This document shows positions 40,101-48,051 of a stretch of DNA of 64,000 nt, one piece after another (the stretch's first letter is position 1; each line of letters begins with the position of its first letter). The notes under the pieces were generated by a model that had not been told where the DNA came from, ran no database searches, and was given only the letters and a program-made list of their open reading frames with translations. A program made the translations under genes and the position numbers. The DNA is from an uncultured delta proteobacterium (GTDB taxonomy: Bacteria; Desulfobacterota; Binatia; Binatales; Binataceae), in NCBI GenBank assembly GCA_963711565.1, contig CAVQEQ010000004.1, positions 160,001 through 224,000 of the forward strand, in the 5' to 3' direction.

Positions 40101-40627
40101 CGCGTGAAGGGACGTCGCAAGGCTTCATCGGCGCGGGCACCGATGAGACCTTCATGCTGGCAGGCGGCGGCGCGTGCACGCAGAAACCGCCGAGCCTGCA
40201 GTCCGCACCGGTCGGCACCGCAACCGCGGAGACCCTCTGCGGCGCCACCAGCGCGGAGACCGATTTCTCCGAGCTCTTCAACCAGTCGAGCGGAACCTGG
40301 GCGGTGGGACCGCAATCGGCCGGCGGCATCACAACCGCAGCGATCGCGTCCGCCAGTGAGAGCGGGAACACCGTGACGATCACCATGTTGACGGCGAACC
40401 CGGTGGGCCTGGCGGTTCGTGCGCCAGTTACGGTTACCGGCGTAAGCGTTCCGGGCTACAACAGCACAGGCACAGGCACCAGCCCATCCTCGTGGGTCGT
40501 CAGCGCCATTCCGAGCGCCAACACGTTCCAATACATCAACCCCACCTCGGGATTGGCCAGTGGAACGAGCGGAGCTGCACTAGCCCTCTCAGCCGCCAAC
40601 TCGGCAGCCACGGCGGTGTTGCCATAG
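37151..40627 (+). CDS. Secreted protein: ASH/choice-of-anchor-D domain, ~190-aa Thr-rich linker, Kelch-type propeller with four FCCH-like insert modules
   Basis: Signal peptide 'AFA'. ASH motifs 'LKFGEVVVG..S..QTLTLIN', 'C...I.AGASC...IEFKP', 'LNGTG'. Kelch motifs 'VLILGG', 'SAELYN', 'VLIVGG', 'AEVYDP'. Confidence 0.8.
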   Translation: MLFKSSTRSIGGLAFSLLFMLTATAGSAFADAHPKLRFSPKEPLKFGEVVVGTTSASQTLTLINEGQDFAISLRSLTVKKPFAILYSNCMPGIAAGASCEVEIEFKPTVQGALQLTKGLTVTGSFKQGTLYYKLNGTGIGGTVPTPTPTTTIAPTPTATATLTATATPTVTATSTPTTTATLTPTTTQTPTPTVTTTITPTATPTTTATSTATTTATSTPTTTATSTATTTATSTATTTATSTATTTPTSTATSTTGATATATSTSGPTATATTTATSTPTVTATATPTTTATSTATTTATVTATATATTTATATTTATATATGGAPTATPTSTPGPEAGSILIAGGDIGGKLEGVLELATSTVSSAAAQVFSTATNNFTAVGSLNIPRESSAAVALPNGEVLILGGNSCNSAAYGAATTGAFLCTGLSSAELYNENTESFTFAGTSFGDNPSGGMTIARSGPSATLIEGSGTALDGQVLIVGGSTGITFTSATAQPGAPGQTALNTAELYNPATDQFTAISAAVPGCPAGESPATTPACTDALPSTCAEPTSETPITTATESGTTVTITTSSPTPGLTIGSSVVVAGVINPVTGASIAGYNSVFTVTGISGNTFTYTAATGLAAGSGGFASAGNILSASETGSTVTVTTTANPPGLLVGSNVTISTVKIGTSFAANGYNGEYAVSGIPSSTSFTYTPTGAPAPITSTSESGTTVTVTSLANPAGLAVGNSVVIAGVSVAGYNGTFTVLTITGTTSFTYTAASGLSPGTGGTAAAATQGLTAASGGGASTADTFECGMVDQGAAVIPGGSGDVLLAGGDFVSFLGESSNYSFIFSPSTQTFAKTTGNLTTPRELASLVAIPSEGTVVSFGGVEANSAACPVNSGEIVVTTLTSAEVYDPGTQTWGTTANNMAVPRAVTATPIVTGTLAGDVILPGGVDVEAGTLPSTCVALTSLKQTAQSATDLYEPGTGTGGTFVATGALNQPREGTSQGFIGAGTDETFMLAGGGACTQKPPSLQSAPVGTATAETLCGATSAETDFSELFNQSSGTWAVGPQSAGGITTAAIASASESGNTVTITMLTANPVGLAVRAPVTVTGVSVPGYNSTGTGTSPSSWVVSAIPSANTFQYINPTSGLASGTSGAALALSAANSAATAVLP
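37574..38160 (+). repeat. Coding low-complexity Thr-X repeat (about 8-aa period, TATSTATT/TATSTPTT)
   Basis: Alternating Thr, encoded with varied synonymous codons. Confidence 0.9.
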
Positions 40628-40657
40628 CTGGGCACGTCCAAATTGCCTGACCTAACC

Positions 40658-40693
40658 GGCGACGCCGTTCTCCTTCGGGGGAACGGCGTCGCC
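40658..40693 (+). terminator. GC-rich hairpin with UUCG loop after 37151..40627
   Basis: GGCGACGCCGTTCTCC-TTCG-GGGGAACGGCGTCGCC; short U tail. Confidence 0.6.
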
Positions 40694-40821
40694 GCATCTT
40701 CAAGGACCACGGGAGTATCGGTGGACCGTGAAATCAGAATGCAAAAAGGAGCTTTCGCGCGCGTTCGCCCCCAGCTAGACTCTTTGGTACGTTTTACTAC
40801 CTTTAGGGAAAGTTTGAGCGC

Positions 40822-43800
40822 ATGAGAAGACCCGGACGCGGATTGGGCACGGCGGCCGCGATAATTGCCGTCGCGGTCGGCGCGGCGATCGTCCTGGCAA
40901 GCGGGACCACCGGCGACCGCGTCCTCGGCCAGCTCGATTTCGCGCACAGCACGCCCAACCTGGTGGACGCGAAAGGGGTGTCCACTCCCGACGACGTAGC
41001 GATCGATTCAAGCGCCACGCCGAATCGGATTTACGTTGCCGATGAACAGAACAACCGGGTGCTCGGCTGGCGAGACGCGGAATCGTTCAGCAACGGCGCT
41101 CCCGCCGACCTGGTTATAGGGCAGCCGGATTTTCTTTCCTCGGATTGCGCCGTGACCAGCAATCTCAGTCTGTGCATTCCTGCGGGAGTAGCGGTGGACA
41201 CCTCGGGCAACCTCTACGTGGCGGATACCGGCAACAGCCGGGTGCTCGAGTACACCAATCCATTTGCGGCCTGCGCCGGTGTATTCCCATGCCTGGGCGG
41301 TGCGGCCAACCTGGTCTTCGGCCAGGGCGGCGATTTCACCGGCGGTAGCTGCGACTTCGACACCGATACCACCACTTCGACCGCCGTTGACCTGTGCGAG
41401 CCATGGGGCGTCGCGGTGGACGGCGCGGGTAACGTCTATGTGGCGGATCTCAACAACAACCGTGTGCTCGAGTACGACACTCCGCTGACGACCGATGTCA
41501 CCGCCGACAACGTATTTGGCCAGGACGGAGACTTCACCGCGAATAATTGCGATTTCGACACCGATACCACCATTTCGACCGCCGTCAACCTGTGCTACCC
41601 GACCGGAGTCGCGGTGGACGGATCGGGCGATCTCTACGTCGCGGATAACGAAAACAACCGGGTGCTTGAGTACAACGCCCCGCTCACCAACTCCACGGCG
41701 AATACGGTCTTCGGCCAGGGCGGGGACTTCACCTCGAATGATTGCGACTTCGACGCCGTCGGCACCAGTTCGAGCAATATCGATCTGTGCGGCCCGGCAA
41801 AAGTCGCGACGGATGCGGCCGGCGATCTCTACGTGTCGGATTTTGGTAACCAACGGGTGCTGGAGTACGACACCCCGCTGACCACCGGCGTCACCGCCGC
41901 GACCGTCTTTGGCCAGGGCAATAGCTTCGCGTCAGATACCTGCGATTACGACGTCGCCGTTCCCGGAATCGCCACCGACGGCAGCACCGCCGGCGACCTG
42001 TGCGATCCAAAGGGCGTTGCGGTGGACGCATCGGGTAATCTCTACGTGGCGGATACAAGCAACAATCGCGTGTTGCAGTACAACGCTCCGCTGGCCACCG
42101 ATACCATCGCCGCCGCGGTGCTGGGCCAGGATGATTTCATTCACAACGTCGCCAACCTGGTGGACGCTCAAGGGCTCGACGCTCCTCAAGCGGTGGCGAT
42201 CGACGCCAGCGCCACGCCCAATCGAATTTACGTCGCCGACGAGGACAACAACCGCGTGCTGGGCTGGCGCGACGCCGCCTCGTTCACCAGCGGCGCTCCG
42301 GCCGACCTGGTGATCGGCCAGCCCGATTTCCTTTCCTCTCTGTGCAACGGCGCCGCCGACACGGTCAGCGCGAGTAGCCTATGCGGTCCGGCGGGGCTCG
42401 CCGTGGACGGCTCGGGCAACCTCTACGTCGCAGATAGAGACAACAACCGGGTGCTGGAGTATGCAAGTCCGTTTACGTCCTGCGCGGGAGTATTCCCGTG
42501 CGTGGGTGGTGCGGCCGGACTGGTCCTGGGCCAGGGCGTCAGCTTCACCTCGAATATTGCAAACAACGGCGGCGTCAGCGCCGGCAGCCTGGACTCTCCA
42601 TTGCAGGTCGCGCTGGACGGGGCCGGTAACCTGTACGTCGCCGACAGCGATAACAACCGCGTGCTCGAGTACAACATGCCGCTGACCACCGGCGCCTCCG
42701 CCACGCTGGTCTTCGGCCAGGGTGGGAGCTTCAGCTCGAATGCGTGCGACTACGACATCAGTGGCAAGTTGAAACTTACATCCACCGCCAACGACCTGTG
42801 CAATCCAACCGCGGTCGCGTTGGACGAGTTGGGCAACCTCTATATATCGGATGCCGGCAACTCCCGGATGTTGGAGTACAACACTCCACTCAACGCGCAC
42901 AGCGGCGAAAGCGGCGCCGGCGATGCCACCGCTGATACGGTCTTTGGGCAAAACGGCAGCTTCACGTCGAGAACGTGCAGCGCCATTGAGATCACTGCCA
43001 ACGGCCTGTGCTTTCCGTCAGGAATCGCCATCGACGGCTCCGGCAACGTTTACGTGGCCGACGGCAACAGTGAACGGGTGCTGGAGTACAACACTCCGCT
43101 GACCAGCGGCACCAACGCCGAAAATGTCTTCGGTACCTGCGGCAGCTATGGTTTGTCCGCATGCACGGGGCTGAGCGCCAACAGCCTCGACGATCCGACT
43201 GGCGTCGCGGTGGACTCTTCCGGCAACCTCTACGTGGCGGATAACCAGAACAATCGGGTGCTCGAATACAATCAACCGCTGTCGCTTCCCTCGCCGACCG
43301 CGACCTCATCAGCCACGCCAACGATAGGCGCAACAGCGACAGCCACCACAGGCGCAACTCTGACCGCGACGCCAACCACTAGCGCGACACCAACCACTAG
43401 CGGGACGCCGACCACCGGCGCGACACCAACCTCGACGCCCACCATCGGCGCGACTCGGACCGCAACAACCACTGCCACCGCGACGCGGACGGCAACCCCG
43501 ACCGCAACAACCACTGCTACCGCGACGCTTACTGCTACCGCGACTCGGACGCCAACCCCGAGCGCGACATCCACCGCTACCGCCACGCCTACAGCTACTG
43601 CGACGCGGACGCCAACGCCGACGCCTACCGCATCGCCGGGCCTCGGCCATATCTCGGTCAATCGGAAAACCTTGAACTTGAGCGCGCTTCCGGAGGCGAC
43701 TGCGTCGGGGAGCATCACGATCAGCAACACCGGCACAGGACCGTTAACTGTCAATGTCAGCGCACCGAAGCATAACCCGCCCTTCACGGAGCTTGGCGGA

Positions 43801-43959
43801 GGAAACGGGAAAGTGATCGGCCCCGGCGGCTCCGACAACGTGACCATCGTGTACGCGCCAACAAAAAAAGGATCGACCAGCGATCAGATCGTGATCACCA
43901 GTAATGATCCCGCGCACAAGAAGCCGATCAAAGTGAAGCTCAAGGGCAAGTCGAAATAG
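40822..43959 (+). CDS. Secreted 12-NHL-repeat (2 x 6-blade) protein with Thr-rich linker and C-terminal Lys-rich ASH domain
   Basis: Twelve NHL units of the 'P.GVAVD..GNLYVAD..NNRVLEY' type; internal duplication of 'ATPNRIYVADE.NNRVLGWRDA'; C-terminus 'ISNTGTGPL...ITSNDP...VKLKGKSK'. Confidence 0.85.
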   Translation: MRRPGRGLGTAAAIIAVAVGAAIVLASGTTGDRVLGQLDFAHSTPNLVDAKGVSTPDDVAIDSSATPNRIYVADEQNNRVLGWRDAESFSNGAPADLVIGQPDFLSSDCAVTSNLSLCIPAGVAVDTSGNLYVADTGNSRVLEYTNPFAACAGVFPCLGGAANLVFGQGGDFTGGSCDFDTDTTTSTAVDLCEPWGVAVDGAGNVYVADLNNNRVLEYDTPLTTDVTADNVFGQDGDFTANNCDFDTDTTISTAVNLCYPTGVAVDGSGDLYVADNENNRVLEYNAPLTNSTANTVFGQGGDFTSNDCDFDAVGTSSSNIDLCGPAKVATDAAGDLYVSDFGNQRVLEYDTPLTTGVTAATVFGQGNSFASDTCDYDVAVPGIATDGSTAGDLCDPKGVAVDASGNLYVADTSNNRVLQYNAPLATDTIAAAVLGQDDFIHNVANLVDAQGLDAPQAVAIDASATPNRIYVADEDNNRVLGWRDAASFTSGAPADLVIGQPDFLSSLCNGAADTVSASSLCGPAGLAVDGSGNLYVADRDNNRVLEYASPFTSCAGVFPCVGGAAGLVLGQGVSFTSNIANNGGVSAGSLDSPLQVALDGAGNLYVADSDNNRVLEYNMPLTTGASATLVFGQGGSFSSNACDYDISGKLKLTSTANDLCNPTAVALDELGNLYISDAGNSRMLEYNTPLNAHSGESGAGDATADTVFGQNGSFTSRTCSAIEITANGLCFPSGIAIDGSGNVYVADGNSERVLEYNTPLTSGTNAENVFGTCGSYGLSACTGLSANSLDDPTGVAVDSSGNLYVADNQNNRVLEYNQPLSLPSPTATSSATPTIGATATATTGATLTATPTTSATPTTSGTPTTGATPTSTPTIGATRTATTTATATRTATPTATTTATATLTATATRTPTPSATSTATATPTATATRTPTPTPTASPGLGHISVNRKTLNLSALPEATASGSITISNTGTGPLTVNVSAPKHNPPFTELGGGNGKVIGPGGSDNVTIVYAPTKKGSTSDQIVITSNDPAHKKPIKVKLKGKSK
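43290..43640 (+). repeat. Coding Thr/Ala/Pro-rich linker
   Basis: TPT/TAT/TRT low-complexity tract. Confidence 0.88.
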
Positions 43960-44007
43960 ATTGCCGTAACGAGGCGACGAACGAAGCATACGTCGCCGTG
44001 ATATCCG

Positions 44008-44547
44008 CTATCTGGTCGATGGATCCGAGTTGTTGAGATTCGAGTCCGCGTGATGGTGGATCAGTTTCCACGTGCCTCCTTCGAGCCGGAAGATGTTGGT
44101 GGCGCGCTGATTGAAGGTGACCATCGGACCCTCCGACGAACGCAATTGGCCCGTCTCGGTGCAGACCGAATAGCCCATGTCGGTTCCGGCGACGACGGTC
44201 ATGTCCCGCTGCGTGATATTGCCTCCGGGATAAAGCCGAGCCATGTTTCGAAAACCCGCGGCGACCTCGTTCCATCCCATTGCGTGGCCGCCGGCCGCGC
44301 TCAAGTTCGAGACGTCGGGTCGATGGGACCATACGGCGCTCAGCGGATCGAGGTCGCCGTGCAGGGCGGTGTTGAACGCTTCGTAGAAAAGCACCGTCGC
44401 GCTGCGTATCGCATTCTCATTCGCCTTTGAAGCCGCATGAGGACCCGATTGTGCGCGTGCGGTCTGCGCGAGTGGCGGCGCGAGGACCATCGACGCGACA
44501 ATAGCCACAACGGAAAATAGATTTCGCCAACACGATGAGAATTCCAC
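44008..44547 (-). CDS. Exported SnoaL/NTF2-like protein
   Basis: 'FYEAFN', 'GWNEV', 'RATNIFRLEGGTWKLIHHHA'. GGAGG precedes GTG 44547. Confidence 0.8.
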   Translation of the reverse strand: MEFSSCWRNLFSVVAIVASMVLAPPLAQTARAQSGPHAASKANENAIRSATVLFYEAFNTALHGDLDPLSAVWSHRPDVSNLSAAGGHAMGWNEVAAGFRNMARLYPGGNITQRDMTVVAGTDMGYSVCTETGQLRSSEGPMVTFNQRATNIFRLEGGTWKLIHHHADSNLNNSDPSTR

Positions 44548-44798
44548 TGGTGCCTCCCACACAGTAAGGTTCCCGCGGTCGAAAAACTGCTGCCGGTCAG
44601 CTCTTGCCTCCGCACCCTGACACAAGGCAGGTCCGCGCGCGGCGACCTTGGCTGAGCCTACATTTAGTATAGCAGTCCGACTGGCGCGAGCGACGGCATG
44701 GCCAGGGCAAGCAGTCCGAAAGCAGACGGATTCCGAGTTTCCACTGGTCACGACGCCCGCGTAATATCGAATCGCGCGCTCCACAGGGAGGAGTACCG

Positions 44799-45185
44799 AT
44801 GAGCACCGCGAACAAGCACATTCAGCCCGGCTACACGACCATCACCCCGTACCTCTACGCCAAGCTCGACTTTATAGAATTCCTCAAGAATGCTTTCGGC
44901 GCTGAGGTGACACATATCCCCACGCCCGACGCCGAGGGGCAATTCCACGCCGAGGCCAAAATCGGCGACGCGCATCTGTTCTTCGGCAGCGGCTATTTTT
45001 CCGATCCTTCGATGGCGGCGGCGATCTATCTCTACGTTCCCAACGTCAACGCGACCTACAAACGCGCTGTGAGCCTGGGCGCCAGTGCGGTCAGGGAGCC
45101 GGCCGACATGACCTGGGGCGACCGCGTCGGAGGAGTGAAGGACACTTCCGGCAACACTTGGTGGATCGCGACCAACAAGAAGTGA
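44799..45185 (+). CDS. VOC/glyoxalase (PhnB-like) protein
   Basis: 'ITPYL', 'HAEAKIGD', 'WGDRVGGVKD..GN.WWI'. Confidence 0.88.
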   Translation: MSTANKHIQPGYTTITPYLYAKLDFIEFLKNAFGAEVTHIPTPDAEGQFHAEAKIGDAHLFFGSGYFSDPSMAAAIYLYVPNVNATYKRAVSLGASAVREPADMTWGDRVGGVKDTSGNTWWIATNKK

Positions 45186-45197
45186 GCGAGTCAGGCG

Positions 45198-45677
45198 ATG
45201 GCACATCCCCGAATGTATGACGATTCAAATCCGGCGATAAACAAATTGCGCGAGATCTGCCTGGCGTTCCCGGAGGTCTTCGAGAAAGAGGCTTGGGGCG
45301 AATGTACCTTTCGCGTCATCGGCGGGAGCATGTTCGCGATGACCGACAACAACCACCACGGCAGCGGCCACGTCGCGGTATGGGTCAAGGCGCCGGCGAT
45401 GGTTCAGGAAATCCTGGTCAACTCGGACCCGAAGCGGTTTTTCATTCCGCCCTACATGGGCAAGCAGGGATGGGTCGGGGTTCGCATCGACTACAAAGTG
45501 AAATGGGACCAGACGGCGGCGATTCTGAAAGACGGATACCTGATGTCGGCGCCGCGCAAGGTTCGGCACACATCTCCGGTCCGGCTCGGCGTCGTTGGAG
45601 CCGACCCTGCGCCAAATCGAATCAAAAGGCCGTCGCGACGAAAGAAGGCGTCCAGCCGAGTCCGCTACGAAACCTGA
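45198..45677 (+). CDS. MmcQ/YjbR-family protein
   Basis: 'LREICLAFPE', 'FF.PPY.G..GWVG'. Confidence 0.82.
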   Translation: MAHPRMYDDSNPAINKLREICLAFPEVFEKEAWGECTFRVIGGSMFAMTDNNHHGSGHVAVWVKAPAMVQEILVNSDPKRFFIPPYMGKQGWVGVRIDYKVKWDQTAAILKDGYLMSAPRKVRHTSPVRLGVVGADPAPNRIKRPSRRKKASSRVRYET

Positions 45678-45732
45678 ACGCGCCCGCCGTGCCGCCGCAC
45701 CTTTCCGGACTGCTCCGACGAACCTCAGCAGT

Positions 45733-46431
45733 TCAGCGCGTCCCGTAGAAGAGCCACTTGTCGCCGTGCAGCAGAAGATTCTTCGTTTTGATTGGAGATA
45801 GACTCTCGATCTCGCGGATCGTCGGGCGAATCCCGTACCACTCGTTGCGATAGAGTCCGCGCGGACCTTGCGCGGATCGCCGCTCGACCAGCCATCGACG
45901 CATCCGCAGCGCGAACGCAATTGAGTCACGCCACGTCCGCGGCGTCATCGTGAAGATAAGCCGTCCGCCCGGTTTGAGCACTCGCGCCGCCGTCTTGAGG
46001 TACGCCTGCAGTACATCCAGATCAGGCAGATGCTGAAAGACGCAGTACGCGACGAACGCATCGACGGAGCTGTCCGCGATTTCCTTGAGCGTCGGCGTCT
46101 CCGCGCGATGAAACGACGCGTTGGCAGCCTCGACCGAACTGCGCGCAATCGTCAGCATCTCCGCCGACAGATCGAATGCGAACACCTTGCCGACTTCGGG
46201 CGCGATCGCACGCGTGAGGCGTCCGACGCCGCAGCCGATTTCCACGACGGTATCGGTGCCCGTCGGCTCGTAGCCGACCGCCGACTTCAGATCGTTCCAG
46301 ATTTTCGGGCCCGACGCCCAGAATTCAGCGAGGTTGCGCCCGTCGTATGGGCCCGCCGACGATACATACCAGTATGGATTTTCCCGGGCTTTTTCGTCCC
46401 AGAATTGACGGCTTGCCTCCAGTCCACTCAT
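45733..46431 (-). CDS. Class I SAM-dependent methyltransferase
   Basis: 'VVEIGCGVGR', 'DLSAEML', 'VFQH', 'VLKPGG'. Confidence 0.88.
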   Translation of the reverse strand: MSGLEASRQFWDEKARENPYWYVSSAGPYDGRNLAEFWASGPKIWNDLKSAVGYEPTGTDTVVEIGCGVGRLTRAIAPEVGKVFAFDLSAEMLTIARSSVEAANASFHRAETPTLKEIADSSVDAFVAYCVFQHLPDLDVLQAYLKTAARVLKPGGRLIFTMTPRTWRDSIAFALRMRRWLVERRSAQGPRGLYRNEWYGIRPTIREIESLSPIKTKNLLLHGDKWLFYGTR

Positions 46432-46565
46432 CGATTCGATGCACCTTCCAGCTCTCAGTCGAGAAATATATTGGCACAACGAATCAACAAAACCACGCGG
46501 AGGATACGCGGCGTGGATAGATCTGCCGCCTCGGAGGCGGCCCCGGGCTATTACGGAATCTTGAA

Positions 46566-46760
46566 TTAACTAAGCCTGGTGATCGCGACCGAGCCGTCGC
46601 GGCCGCGCGCAGCTTTCACCGTATCAAGCAGATATTCCACCGCACCCTGCAGTTCCTCGAGCGAGGCCGAGCCGTCGGGCGCAACGATCGATTGCACTCC
46701 GTCGTAGGCAACCGCGACCGATTCGGGAATCTGCAATGCAAAAGTACGTCGCTCACTCAT
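46566..46760 (-). CDS. 64-aa small protein of unknown function
   Basis: MSERRTFALQIPES...AITRLS; RBS GGAG before ATG 46760; sigma54-type promoter just upstream. Confidence 0.6.
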   Translation of the reverse strand: MSERRTFALQIPESVAVAYDGVQSIVAPDGSASLEELQGAVEYLLDTVKAARGRDGSVAITRLS

Positions 46761-46822
46761 TTGACGTTCTCCAGTGGTGAATTCACAGGGTTGGACGGAT
46801 CTCGCCACCGAAATATTTCGTA

Positions 46823-46839
46823 AGCAATCTTCACGCCAA
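46823..46839 (-). promoter_or_regulatory. Sigma54 (-24/-12) promoter
   Basis: Minus strand reads TTGGCGTGAAGATTGCT (GG-N10-GC). Confidence 0.65.
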
Positions 46840-46984
46840 GGAACCAGAACGCGCAGAGTCGAGCCAGCTCTTACGCAAGTCAGCGTAATCGTGTCGCACC
46901 TAATTACGGCGGCGGACGAAATTTTGGCAACCTGCCACAGAACGGGGCAGCACTGAGACTCAGATCGGTGTATCGGTGTGAACG

Positions 46985-47773
46985 CTACGCCGCTCGGCGA
47001 CGACGACCTGATGGGGCGGCGTCCGGAGCGCGAAGATCCACTGGCGCCGTCAATCCGGCGGAATTGCGCGCAATCGCGGCGATCGTCCCGCCCTTTAACA
47101 AAATGTAGAGACGTCCCCGCCGCGCGATTTCCCCCTGCTCGATCAGGTCCGCCATCAGCCGGCTTACCATCGGTCGCGAGCAGCCGATCATTTCGGCCAG
47201 GTCCCCATGCGCCGGCTCGAAGGTCAGCGCGATACCGTCGTCGTCGGGCGCGCCAAATTTTCGCCCGAGCTGGGCCAGCATCAACTCGAGCCGCTCGCGG
47301 AACGACATCCCCAGGAACGACGCGTAGTAGTGGACCCATCCCGACCACGCCGAGTTCATCCGCTCTGAAACCTCGAGCAGCGTCGCCGAGTCTAGCGACG
47401 TGAGTAATTCGCGCACGCGCTGGCGCGTGATCATCGCAACCACGCATTTGCTCAGCGCTTGTGCCTCGAAGCGGCGGATCCACTGGCCCTTTTCATTGAG
47501 CTGGTCCGCGACTCCGATCACGTCGCCCGCAGTCGCCAGCCGAACCATGATCCGGCTGCCATTGGGACTCGGGCAGCTTTCCTTGACCAAACCTTTCACG
47601 ACCCAAAAAATTATGTCGGCAGGCGCGCCCTGGCAGAAAATCATTGCGCCCGGCGCGTAGTTGAGATTGCTGTGATATTCCAGGATCTCGCGCACGATTT
47701 CGGGCGGGACCTTCCACGACAGCAGCTGCGCCTCGAACTGATTTCCTGCTTCAGGCGTCGTTGGAATATTCAT
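46985..47773 (-). CDS. Crp/Fnr-family transcriptional regulator (paralog 2)
   Basis: 'IFCQGAPAD', 'GDVIG', HTH 'DLAEMIGCSRPMVSRL'. Confidence 0.87.
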   Translation of the reverse strand: MNIPTTPEAGNQFEAQLLSWKVPPEIVREILEYHSNLNYAPGAMIFCQGAPADIIFWVVKGLVKESCPSPNGSRIMVRLATAGDVIGVADQLNEKGQWIRRFEAQALSKCVVAMITRQRVRELLTSLDSATLLEVSERMNSAWSGWVHYYASFLGMSFRERLELMLAQLGRKFGAPDDDGIALTFEPAHGDLAEMIGCSRPMVSRLMADLIEQGEIARRGRLYILLKGGTIAAIARNSAGLTAPVDLRAPDAAPSGRRRRAA

Positions 47774-48051
47774 TTTATTACCCACTCGACCGCACGCCAT
47801 AACGTGCGACGCCGACCAGCGCGGCGGCCAGCAGCCGTCGCGACATTCACGCTATTAATCGTCTGATTTGGCAAACTTCCCCAAATCGAACCCGAAAAGT
47901 GTCAGAATTTTCCGATCAGCCGGACGTGATGTATAGGCCAAGTGTCAGCTTATATGCAAGGGTCAGCTGTGAGCCGCATAGACCAGCACGATTTGTCCGG
48001 CTGGCATCTACGCGTGCATCGATGCTTCAGAAGGTCGCTGCGACCTCACCC

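Noticed and set aside
40628-40648. Sigma54 promoter GGCAC...TTGC before the NHL gene
   Set aside because: The spacing is 2 bp too long for -24/-12.
40822-43290. Diversity-generating retroelement behind the repeated NHL loops
   Set aside because: No reverse transcriptase is present, both copies are in the same ORF, and the differences are not adenine-specific.
1-44000. PEP-CTERM/exosortase system
   Set aside because: No VPEP-TM-basic tail and no exosortase gene in the window.
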